This document shows positions 32,488 through 41,916 of a DNA stretch of 64,000 bases, in pieces (within the stretch, counting starts at the first letter, position 1; each line of letters starts with the position of its first letter). Made by a program: the position numbers and the translations under genes. Under the pieces are notes generated by a model. That model saw nothing but the letters and a program-made list of their open reading frames with translations, had not been told where the DNA came from and did no database searches. The stretch covers positions 1 through 64,000 of IMG/VR virus record IMGVR_UViG_3300023202_000247. One strand, written 5' to 3'.

Positions 32488-33550
32488 CTGCCATGGATTC
32501 AATTGGCATGCCTCCCGTAAACGTGTACATGCTTCGTCGTCGTAAGAATTACGAGCTACCGAACTGAAGATAAAATAAGAGATTACATTTGCATATGTGG
32601 CAATTGTGACCACGAGTGGAAACAATCTGGAAATATTGACACTTTAAAGGTTTCATGCTCCGAGTGTTTTGATGACGATGATATCGCTTGGCACGAACTG
32701 GAAGATGAAGAGTTTGACAAGACAGTAAACCATTTAGCAGAAGAAATCGAAGGGATTTATGCGCCAGGCGAGCTTTATAACTACGTACAAGACGCTCTAA
32801 TGGAGGAAGCTGCTAAAAAAGCAAAAAGCATTAGATACCAGCAGGATAAACAGCTCGAAGCTCTTGTAAGAGTAAAAGGAAGTGAGTGGGTTAGAAAAAA
32901 TCTAATTCATCCATGGCGCTAACGTTATCGGGCCATATGGCCCGATAAATGGCCCGATACAATTTTGGAATGAGGAAATGGACGATGGCGGGCACAACTT
33001 GGAAAGCAGCATGAGCAGTCACATCTGTTGTCCAGCACAAACCGTAGAGAAAGCTTGTCTCAAAGCTCGCGATGTTTTGGAGCAAAAGCATGAGCAAATT
33101 CTAAAAGAAGGTAAAAACAGGGTAACCAAAGCGGAGGCATCATTGCTACGCTTTTTACGGTAAAGTTCTCGAAAGCGTTCAAAGCCGAAGTGGTGGCGTC
33201 CTTGGATTCCCGCACGATTCAAGCGAGAACCTGACAAACTATCTCTTCGTGAGATGTTGAGACCCAATTGACAGTTGGATCTTTGATTCGTGTGTAAGTG
33301 ACTACATTTTGTATGAACGATATGTATTGCTTGGACGTGCAAAAGAAACCATGCTGCCCGTTTCCTACTCTTATTACGATGACGTGGAAGAGCTGGAACG
33401 CTTGATTAACTTGTGCAACGTTAGCACTGGTGAAATTTTTCTCACCGGTGAAGATTTGAAACTTATCGGCGATTTCCTAGAATCAAGTCCATATCGATGA
33501 TAACAATAGAAAGAAAGGAGGAGGTTATGTATTAACCTCAACAAAGGAGC

Positions 33551-34009
33551 GTGGCCTTGTCCACGAAGAAACTCAGCCGTACGGTCAACGAACGAGGCCG
33601 TAACAAAGGAAACAAAGCTAGGCGTCGTCAGTCCAACAGACGTAACAGACAGCAGGCCAACGTGTTCTTGCGCCAATGCGCACTGGACCCCGACTTGTTC
33701 TCGGAAAAGCCGCTACCAAAACGGGAGCCGGTCCTCAAAGAGTGCGGGGCAAACATGGGACCCTTGTGTCGCTGGATAAACAAGAACATCCAAGGGCTCA
33801 GCTACGATGAGAAACGTGGCCGAGTATTGCAGGCATTCGAGAGAACGAATAGCTTGCGCATCATGTTCGTGTTAATCGATTGCTTAGAAGATGATATAGC
33901 ATTCACGTTGTTTTGCGGATACGAATCCACATACTGGCTATATCCCAAACACACAATCTGGAATAAGAAAAACTATCTTTGCCGAAACCGAACGCCCTGG
34001 AAAGGATAG
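33551..34009 (+). CDS. Arg-rich hypothetical protein, 152 aa
   Basis: AAGGAG RBS and GTG start. Confidence 0.7.
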   Translation: MALSTKKLSRTVNERGRNKGNKARRRQSNRRNRQQANVFLRQCALDPDLFSEKPLPKREPVLKECGANMGPLCRWINKNIQGLSYDEKRGRVLQAFERTNSLRIMFVLIDCLEDDIAFTLFCGYESTYWLYPKHTIWNKKNYLCRNRTPWKG

Positions 34010-34016
34010 TTTCCCT

Positions 34017-34253
34017 TATCACGACCGACCCGCTGGTCGAATGTCTCCGTTGTGTCACGGTTGCCGCAGTGCGTCACAACAAAACGTAGACACAACTGTT
34101 ACACAACGGAGACAAAAGTCGTTACCAGCCAGCGGGCCGGCGTGATATATTCCTTTTCTACCACTCGGCTCGCTATTCGCTCGCCTCGTAACTACTATAA
34201 CAACTCTGATCATATATTGATCGATCTGTAGCTACGAAGACGAGCGTAGCGAG
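34017..34253. other. Non-coding region with nested inverted repeats (origin-like or structured RNA)
   Basis: TGTCTCCGTTGTGT/ACACAACGGAGACA (34042/34101), CCCGCTGG/CCAGCGGG (34029/34129), CTCGCTA/TAGCGAG (34169/34247). Confidence 0.6.
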
Positions 34254-34358
34254 TCTGAGTAGCTTGCAGGTTTTCATTTGATTACATTACCTGATAGTGT
34301 TTTTAACATGGGTAGTTATCATAAAAGGTAATTATGGTGGCAGCCCGCGCTCATAATT

Positions 34359-34392
34359 TTACAAGGATGCTGTGCTCCTAAAAGTCAAGAGC
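34359..34392 (+). CRISPR. Solitary type B repeat with a degenerate 3' end
   Basis: TTACAAGGATGCTGTGCTCCTAAAAGTCAAGAGC, 32 nt upstream of ORF 34425. Confidence 0.75.
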
Positions 34393-34424
34393 TGAACAAG
34401 AACGTATGGATGAAAGAGTAAACA

Positions 34425-34799
34425 ATGCATAAATTTCTCAAGGATATGGAGCAAAGTGGCGACCTACTCCTCTTTAAGCAAAAACAGATGCATCTAAATG
34501 AAGGTCCGACATTCTTTGGCAAGTCATTAACTGAGCGATGCTGTGGTACCAATTCATTTTTGACGGTGCGCTACTCATTCTTCACGTTAGAAATTCGTCA
34601 AGCTTATGACGTAGAAAACGTAAAGAAGAGTTTTACGCCTGTTAGGTGGGAATTGCGTTTCGAAGGTGGTCATGAAATCGACTGGGGTATGGCAGAGACC
34701 GTTGTAGATGCCATCGAAGATGCAGAGTCTGCGTTGCGAAAACGAGTAAAAGAATTCGTAGATATCGTTACGCTTTCTAAGAACGTTTCTAATGATTGA
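34425..34799 (+). CDS. Hypothetical protein, 124 aa
   Basis: ORF track; preceded by a type B repeat. Confidence 0.75.
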   Translation: MHKFLKDMEQSGDLLLFKQKQMHLNEGPTFFGKSLTERCCGTNSFLTVRYSFFTLEIRQAYDVENVKKSFTPVRWELRFEGGHEIDWGMAETVVDAIEDAESALRKRVKEFVDIVTLSKNVSND

Positions 34800-34893
34800 T
34801 AATTTACAACATGTCCAAGAATACGAGGGAATCCACAATGATCTAATGATTGATAATTTACAACATGTCCAAGAATACGAGGGAATCCACAAT
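34788..34893. repeat. 54-bp tandem duplication (could encode MIDNLQHVQEYEGIHN twice)
   Basis: Direct inspection. Confidence 0.9.
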
Positions 34894-34956
34894 AAATAAA
34901 CCACTGGAATAACTGGTCTGGTAGCATTCCGGCCAAACTAAACGATAGGAAAAGAA

Positions 34957-35265
34957 ATGAATAGGCTCAAAGAAGACTCCTACAAAGATGCAGCTGCTCT
35001 CATTCGTATGTACAAAAAGTACGATGATGAACGGTTCTTGACCCAAGCAGCTTTTGTGCTGAGTACCACAAACGAATACGGTGTTGAGTTGTCTACGGTG
35101 ATTGCCATGTCGGAGCTGGATGCTGTCAAGGTTAATCATCAAAACCTGATGAAGTTGCACGAGTTCAAGGCTGATGGCCAAAAGGATCCTGTGCCGCTCA
35201 AATGGTGGGTATCAAACTTGTGTGAACTTGACAATCTGTTAAATCATCGAAACTATAATGCCTGA
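34957..35265 (+). CDS. Hypothetical protein, 102 aa
   Basis: ORF track. Confidence 0.7.
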   Translation: MNRLKEDSYKDAAALIRMYKKYDDERFLTQAAFVLSTTNEYGVELSTVIAMSELDAVKVNHQNLMKLHEFKADGQKDPVPLKWWVSNLCELDNLLNHRNYNA

Positions 35266-36517
35266 AAGATTTTTCAATATATTCGAGTACGAATCTTCCA
35301 GTTTAGATGATAACTGTATCATTTATCATGACGTAACGTTTATAAATGACGTTACACAGATCAAAGCTGGAACGAAATTTAGTCAGTGTGCTTTTCAAGT
35401 TGCATCTGGCAGACTAGTAGTTAGTGACGGTCGCACGGTAAATCTCGAGTACTATCAAGAGTTTCTTCGAGAACGCAACCGCTGTGATAAGTGCGGCGGT
35501 CCGGTTGAGCTTCAAAGCAATCTGAAACAATCTTTTTGTATTGACTCTCTATCTAACAATCCTGGTAAAGCATATAATCGTGAATGGATGAGCATTCCAC
35601 ACTGGTGGGAGTATGAGTGGTGTCACAAATGTGAAAGTATATCGGAGAGTGACAAAAAAGAAGTTATGGTTAAGCTCAGGCAAAATTTGAAGCGCTGCAA
35701 GATCGCAGAGAATATCTTGGGCATCTGTGAACGTGGCCATTATCATACACATGGTGGACAACATGTAAAACTAGAAATCAATAAGTCTCCAGATGTAGTT
35801 GCTCATAAAGGTTTCGATTACAAGCCGTTGCTCCATACCCCTCAGTTGAGTGTAAACAACGAAACAACGCAAAACGCCATCTTTCGTTTACATGAAAAAT
35901 ACCCAGAGGCAAGTATCGTTGCGCTGAACTTTGCATCAGCTAAGCGTCCGGGTGGTGGCTTCCTCGAAGGTTCCATGGCGCAAGAGGAAGACTTGTGTTA
36001 TAGTTCAACACTATACGCATCTCTTCGCAATGCTAGTTCGTTTTACGAGATGAATGCTGAAAGCAGGCTGATTTGTGGTCATCCATATAATGCTGGACTT
36101 TACGAAAACGTACTAGCCATTAGTCGCAACGTTGCCTTTATCAAAAATAATGCATATGGAGTTTTTACCAGGCCAACATACGTAGATGTGGTTACATGTG
36201 CCGCACCGAACGCAAACGAATTCTTCAGACTCTATGAGCGTGCTGATAAAGATGGCCAATCAATTTTAGAAGAGGTGTTGGACAAGCGTATTCGTTTCAT
36301 GCTACATGAAATTGGTCCACGGTATGACATTCTCATCTTGGGAGCATGGGGCTGTGGTGTGTTTGGAAATGACCCGCACTTTGTTGCGCGACTGTTCAAA
36401 CAGAACTTGCAAATGGATTTCTGCGAGAAGGTGAAGCTTGCACACTTTCCCGTGTATGACAGGGAACCTGGCTCTAAGACATTCAACACATTTAAAAAGG
36501 TTCTACAGTATGTTTGA
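35258..36517 (+). CDS. TIGR02452-family macrodomain (bacterial PARG-like ADP-ribose glycohydrolase) with an extra N-terminal region
   Basis: LNFASAKRPGGGF...AQEEDLC and ILGAWGCGVFGNDP. Confidence 0.9.
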   Translation: MPERFFNIFEYESSSLDDNCIIYHDVTFINDVTQIKAGTKFSQCAFQVASGRLVVSDGRTVNLEYYQEFLRERNRCDKCGGPVELQSNLKQSFCIDSLSNNPGKAYNREWMSIPHWWEYEWCHKCESISESDKKEVMVKLRQNLKRCKIAENILGICERGHYHTHGGQHVKLEINKSPDVVAHKGFDYKPLLHTPQLSVNNETTQNAIFRLHEKYPEASIVALNFASAKRPGGGFLEGSMAQEEDLCYSSTLYASLRNASSFYEMNAESRLICGHPYNAGLYENVLAISRNVAFIKNNAYGVFTRPTYVDVVTCAAPNANEFFRLYERADKDGQSILEEVLDKRIRFMLHEIGPRYDILILGAWGCGVFGNDPHFVARLFKQNLQMDFCEKVKLAHFPVYDREPGSKTFNTFKKVLQYV

Positions 36518-38476
36518 TAAGCTTGCTCCATTTGGAGCTGCGCAGGTCCATACGGACCAGTATCTGCGCTGGTGTCGACGTGAATTGTCGATGAGTCATA
36601 AAGAATACGAAAGCTGTGGAGAGATCAACGCAACCGGGCTTGCAGAGGCATGTGCTCAGGAGCTTGAAGCATATGTAGATTTTGAAGAATTCAAAATCTA
36701 GCCGGAAGTGTTTGATGCTGCCGCAGAAGCTGCGCTCGAATGGGAGCGAGCTGTAATCAAAGGAGATAATTAAATGCTACATTTCAATCTACCAACTACT
36801 CGCGAGCGTGCTGACTGGGGCTGTTATGGCCGTGGAGTTAGCGAGCAATACCGTCTCGTTGCCATCGAAGATGATGATACGATTCGTGCATGGGATTATG
36901 TTGGTGAAACTTACAGCGTGCATCACGATCTGAGTGATGCAGAGTGCGAAGAGATCAGGCGTATGGCTGTGCTTGTACGTAATGGCAAGTACTATACGGC
37001 TGGCGGCTTCCTCATAAGGAAAGATGAACAAGCGGCGTAAAGCAACCATCATCAAGGTTCTCGAGTCGGCATCTGTACGTATTCAGACGGCTCCGAAAAC
37101 AGCTGCGTGGATGCTTACACATCCCGAGTCTTTGCATGATGAAGCAAAGGTTCGGGATGTGGCCATACAGTATAGTGAGCCATGGATTGGACAACCATTT
37201 ATCGTGGTAGATGTTGAGTATGAGTAAAAAATCTGAAGAAAACGATATGCTCAATGTGAGCGAGAACACTGAACTGATTGGAAGGTAATTAGGTGAGGTT
37301 CAAATGGGAAATAAATTCGCGACTTATTCTTTGGTAGCGGTTCATTCCCGTGAAGCTGGCCAAGTCAGCGGCATGTGGGTGCAGGACCATGTTGGAACTC
37401 TGGACACTGCTAAGAAAGCTGCTGCCCGAACTGAAACTGTGAACGGGAACGTAAAGATCGCAGTGGTTTTCGGAGTCAACAAGACTGGCCCGATGCCGAG
37501 TTATCACGAATGTTTGGTGGAGCTGTGATGGTCATCATATCTTTTCTCACAGGCTATTGTCTATTTTCCTATGTTGCAGCCGGCTTGATTGCAAACAAGC
37601 GTGTCGGAGGCCAAGAAGCCAAAGTTATGTTTGGAGATGTAATGGTTGGTATTCTGTGGCCGTTGTGGATTTCGTTAGCCTGCTTTAAGGCTTTGTATCT
37701 TTTCGCATGTTGGTTGCCCAATGCATTTGTAAGACTTTACAAATGGTCTGTTGTATCTGGTAGTACTGTAAAGACATCGTTGCTTGCAGCAATTTCAATG
37801 TCACTCGGACTTGAGTCTGAGAAAAAGGATGATGTACGAGAGCATGGTGCTTATCGTACATGCGCAAGGGTCGAACTTCTAGAAGTGGACAATGATTATG
37901 ACTACATCGATCGTCCGCTTCTGATTCCAACAGAGGTGAATTGGGATTGGGACTACTCATACGGTGACTGCGAAGATGATGAAGATGGATTTTACGATGA
38001 AAAGTTTCAAAACATGCTGGATGAAAGCCCCGCCATCAAGATGGCAAAGTTTCGAGACGTGATGAATGATGATGGCTAAGCCGATACGATTCGTTGTAAT
38101 CCTACCATCGTTGCTTTTTACATTGAGTGCGTTTATCCTGCTTTGGGTGGCCACTCGAGGTTCGGTGTTTGAGGCGATTGTTTTTCTCATAGCATCGCTC
38201 TTCCATTTCTTTGCAGCTTACAAGTTCTACCTTTACATGGATATGAAAGATGCTCCGTTACCAAAGCGCAAGGAGCATCCGGGTCCATTGGTTGCGTTGG
38301 TATATCCCAATGCATTTCCAAATGTTGACCGGGAAAAACTTCAAGAACATATCAAAGAGTGTTTGCCATGCAGACTCTTTGTTGAAAGCGAATGTGAGAA
38401 CAATCCTCATCGCGATGCGACTCGCGATGAATTGCGTGAAATCTGGGAACGAAGAATAAATAAAGAAACGGAGTAA
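36510..38476 (+). other. Small hypothetical genes, including two membrane proteins (37528-38079, 38066-38476)
   Basis: ORF track; hydrophobic segments. Confidence 0.6.
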
Positions 38477-38573
38477 AAAGTGACTAAAAGGATTTCTTGC
38501 AGTGTTCAAAAAGCTTTCGCATAGTGACCAGCAAAAGGTTTTGAACTCCATTTGAAACAAAAGAGTCGTATAG

Positions 38574-39359
38574 ATGGAAAAGTTACGAGTAGAGATTAAT
38601 TGTCGTGGTAACAAGATGTATTACAAGTGGGATACGGATGAACTGCATAATCCGTATGGTCCAGCTGTTGAATACGCAAATGGAACTAAATATTGGTATC
38701 TAAACGGTAAACATCACAGAGATGATGGCCCAGCTGTTGAATATGCAAATGGAGCTAAAGAGTGGTGGATAAACGATAAGCGTCATCGTGAGGATGGTCC
38801 AGCTGTTGAAGGTGCAAATGGACATAAAGAGTGGTATCTAAACAATAAACTTCATCGTGAAGATGGTCCAGCTGTTGAAGGTGCAAATGGACATAAAGAT
38901 TGGTATCTAAATAGTAAACGTCACCGAGAAGATGGTCCAGCTGTTGAATATGCAAATGGATATAAATCTTGGTGGATAAATGGTAAACGTCACCGAGAAG
39001 ATGGTCCAGCTATTGAATATGCAGATGGATATAAAGATTGGTATGTAAACGGCAAGCTTCATCGTGAAAATGGTCCAGCTGTTGAATTTGCAAATGGACA
39101 TAAAGAATGGTATCTAAACGGTAAACTTCATCGTAAAGATGGTCCAGCAATTGAAAATGCAAATGGACGTAAAGAGTGGTGGGTAAACGGAAAGCTTCAT
39201 CGTGAGGATGGTCCAGCTGTTGAATATGCAAATGGAGATAAATGTTGGTATGTAAATGGTACCAAACTGACAGAAGAAGAGTTCAACAGTCGTCACTCAT
39301 CTTGTACCAGCAAGATTGTTAAGATTGACGGAAAACGCTACAAGTTAGAAGAGATTTGA
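38574..39359 (+). CDS. HREDGPA repeat protein, 9 units
   Basis: Same caps and 23-aa period as array 1. Confidence 0.92.
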   Translation: MEKLRVEINCRGNKMYYKWDTDELHNPYGPAVEYANGTKYWYLNGKHHRDDGPAVEYANGAKEWWINDKRHREDGPAVEGANGHKEWYLNNKLHREDGPAVEGANGHKDWYLNSKRHREDGPAVEYANGYKSWWINGKRHREDGPAIEYADGYKDWYVNGKLHRENGPAVEFANGHKEWYLNGKLHRKDGPAIENANGRKEWWVNGKLHREDGPAVEYANGDKCWYVNGTKLTEEEFNSRHSSCTSKIVKIDGKRYKLEEI

Positions 39360-39802
39360 AAATGGAAAAGATAAGATTAGAGATTAATTGTCGTGGTGAC
39401 AAGAAGTATTACAAGTGGGATACGGATGAGTATCATAATCCATATGGTCCAGCTGTTGAATACGAAAATGGAGATAAATATTGGTATTTAAACGATAAGT
39501 GTCACCGAGAAGATGGTCCAGCTGTTGAACATGCAGATGGGCGTAAAGCTTGGTATCTAAACGGAAATCGTCACCGAGAAGATGGTCCAGCTGTTGAATA
39601 TACAAGTGGGGATAAAGAGTGGTGGGTAAATGGGGTACTTCACCGAGAAGATGGTCCGGCAATTGAAGGTGCAGATGGACGTAAATCTTGGTATGTAAAC
39701 GGTACCAAACTGACAAAAGAAGAATTCAACAGTCGTCACTCATCTTGTACCAGCAAGATTGTGGAGATTGACGGAAAACGTTACAAGCTAGAAGAAGTTT
39801 GA
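39356..39802 (+). CDS. HREDGPA repeat protein, 4 units
   Basis: Paralog. Confidence 0.92.
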   Translation: MKMEKIRLEINCRGDKKYYKWDTDEYHNPYGPAVEYENGDKYWYLNDKCHREDGPAVEHADGRKAWYLNGNRHREDGPAVEYTSGDKEWWVNGVLHREDGPAIEGADGRKSWYVNGTKLTKEEFNSRHSSCTSKIVEIDGKRYKLEEV

Positions 39803-40314
39803 GCATGGAAAAGCTAAGATTAGAGATTGACTGTGATGGTACAAAAAAGTATTACAAGTGGGATATGGATGAACTGCATAATCCATATGGTCCAGCTGTT
39901 GAATACGAAAATGGAGATAAATATTGGTATCTAAACGATAAGCTTCACCGAGAAGATGGTCCAGCTGTTGAACATGCAGATGGAAATAAATCTTGGTATC
40001 TAAACGGTAAACTTCATCGTGAGGGTGGTCCAGCTGTTGAAAATGCAAATGGAGATAAAGAGTGGTGGGTAAACGTAAAGCTTCATCGTGAGGATGGTCC
40101 AGCAGTTGAACATGTAGATGGATCTAAATTTTGGTATGTAAACAACAAGCTTCACCGAGATGATGGTCCAGCTGTTGAATATGCAAATGGAACTAAATGT
40201 TGGTATGTAAACGGTACCAAACTGACAAAAGAAGAATTCAACAGTCGTCACTCATCTTGTACCAGCAAGATTGTGGAGATTGACGGAAAACGTTACAAGC
40301 TAGAAGAGATTTGA
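39799..40314 (+). CDS. HREDGPA repeat protein, 5 units
   Basis: Paralog. Confidence 0.92.
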   Translation: MSMEKLRLEIDCDGTKKYYKWDMDELHNPYGPAVEYENGDKYWYLNDKLHREDGPAVEHADGNKSWYLNGKLHREGGPAVENANGDKEWWVNVKLHREDGPAVEHVDGSKFWYVNNKLHRDDGPAVEYANGTKCWYVNGTKLTKEEFNSRHSSCTSKIVEIDGKRYKLEEI

Positions 40315-40685
40315 AAATGGAAAAGCTAAGATTAGAGATTAATTGTCGTGGTGACAAGAAGTATTACAAGTGGGATACGTGTGAACTGCATAATCCATAT
40401 GGTCCAGCAATTGAATTTGCTGGAGATAAATATTGGTATCTAAACGATAAGTGTCATCGAAAAGATGGTCCAGCAATTGAATTTGTAAATGGAACCAAAT
40501 CTTGGTGGATAAACAATAAACTTCATCGGGAAGATGGTCCAGCAATTGAATGGGCAAATGGATCTAAATATTGGTATGTAAACGGTGTCGAATTGACAGA
40601 GGCAGAGTTCAACAATCGTCACTCATCTTGTGCTGGTAAAGTTGTAGAAATTGACGGAAAACGTTACAAACTAGAAGAGATTTGA
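40311..40685 (+). CDS. HREDGPA repeat protein, 3 units
   Basis: Paralog. Confidence 0.92.
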   Translation: MKMEKLRLEINCRGDKKYYKWDTCELHNPYGPAIEFAGDKYWYLNDKCHRKDGPAIEFVNGTKSWWINNKLHREDGPAIEWANGSKYWYVNGVELTEAEFNNRHSSCAGKVVEIDGKRYKLEEI

Positions 40686-41254
40686 AAATGGAAAAGCTAA
40701 GATTAGAGATTAACCATCATGGTGACAAGAGGTATTACAAGTGGGATACGGATGAACTGCATAATCCGTATGGTCCATCTGTTGAATACAAAAATGGATC
40801 TAAATATTGGTATGTAAACGGCAAGCTTCATCGTGAAAATGGTCCAGCTATTGAATTTGCAAGTGGGCGTAAAGATTGGTATGTAAACGGCAAGCTTCAT
40901 CGTGAAAATAGTCCAGCTATTGAATTTGCAAATGGACATAAAGAATGGTATGTAAACGGTAAACTTCATCGTGAAGATGGTCCAGCACCGGCTGACTCAA
41001 TCACGAGCTGGAACATTCGGGAAGATGATGGTTCGAATCCATCACGGCCGGTCATGCACAAATTGCATAAATTGTTAATATCATTGTGGTTTTTGATGCT
41101 CGTACTCATATGTGTGGGTGACCATGTGTATGAGTATCACGAGTGTAAAAGTATCGAGCAGCGTAGTAAGTTCTCCGTGATAAACGGATGTGAAGTAAAT
41201 GTGGGTGGAACGTGGGTTCCACGGCAAGCGTGGGGTGGTGATAAAAATGAATGA
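40682..41254 (+). CDS. Chimeric ORF: HREDGPA N-terminal part read through into a 66-aa membrane-protein ORF (ATG 41054)
   Basis: Repeat breaks at GPA|PADS (about 40987); MHKLHKLLISLWFL... follows. Confidence 0.7.
   Translation: MKMEKLRLEINHHGDKRYYKWDTDELHNPYGPSVEYKNGSKYWYVNGKLHRENGPAIEFASGRKDWYVNGKLHRENSPAIEFANGHKEWYVNGKLHREDGPAPADSITSWNIREDDGSNPSRPVMHKLHKLLISLWFLMLVLICVGDHVYEYHECKSIEQRSKFSVINGCEVNVGGTWVPRQAWGGDKNE
40986..41054 (+). tRNA. Degenerate tRNA-like element (not a functional tRNA call)
   Basis: GATGG-TTCGAAT-CCATC T-arm, ACCGGC/GCCGGT acceptor-like stem, CTC-AATCAC-GAG D-arm-like; no credible anticodon arm or CCA. Confidence 0.35.
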
Positions 41255-41370
41255 AGAAAAATATGTTGACTATGATGAGGATACCAATTGCTATGGTATC
41301 TTTGCTGTAGAGCGAGACTTTTGTTTCGCATTGTTCACGGACGAAAAAACTGCCAAGCAGTACATGAAGG

Positions 41371-41916
41371 ATGCATACGGACAAGATTGTTGATTATATC
41401 AACAGCCGTTTGATAAGTATTCAAAAGAAGTACAACTTTCCTCCGAACGTCAAGTTGCGTGACGTTCCAGATAATAAAGATGCAATAAAACATTATCATC
41501 AATTCAAAGAATTGGTGAGGTTAATTGAAAAAACGAATCTCGACGTTGATATTCCGTATGACGAGAGTGGTGAGTCGCCCACAGAAAAGTTTGTGAAGCT
41601 CACTCAACGTGATGTATTCGTTTACTTCTGCCAAGAAGGCTTCTCCACAACTTGGAAGATTGGATACTCAACCCAATCATTTCGAAGAATAAAAGCAGTG
41701 CAGACTGGCAATCCGAACGATTTGCACTTGCGCTATGAGGTGCCTGGTTCCTTTGACCTAGAGCAAAGCCTTCATAGGTATCTGAAGAACTTTAGAATCA
41801 AGGGTCGGTCGAAGGAGTGGTTCGACCTTGACCCTGCAATGGTTGAGAACATTGTTAAACGCCTGAAAAATGGCGAAGATTTTTATACACAAAAGGCTTT
41901 GAAAAATGAAACGTAA
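41371..41916 (+). CDS. GIY-YIG (T5orf172/MUG113-like) domain protein
   Basis: VYFCQEG...WKIGYS...IKAVQTGNP...LEQSLHRYL...EWF. Confidence 0.85.
   Translation: MHTDKIVDYINSRLISIQKKYNFPPNVKLRDVPDNKDAIKHYHQFKELVRLIEKTNLDVDIPYDESGESPTEKFVKLTQRDVFVYFCQEGFSTTWKIGYSTQSFRRIKAVQTGNPNDLHLRYEVPGSFDLEQSLHRYLKNFRIKGRSKEWFDLDPAMVENIVKRLKNGEDFYTQKALKNET

Noticed and set aside
27358-41000. HREDGPA arrays as diversity-generating retroelement targets
   Set aside because: No reverse transcriptase in the window, no non-coding template repeat seen, and changes are not evidently adenine-restricted
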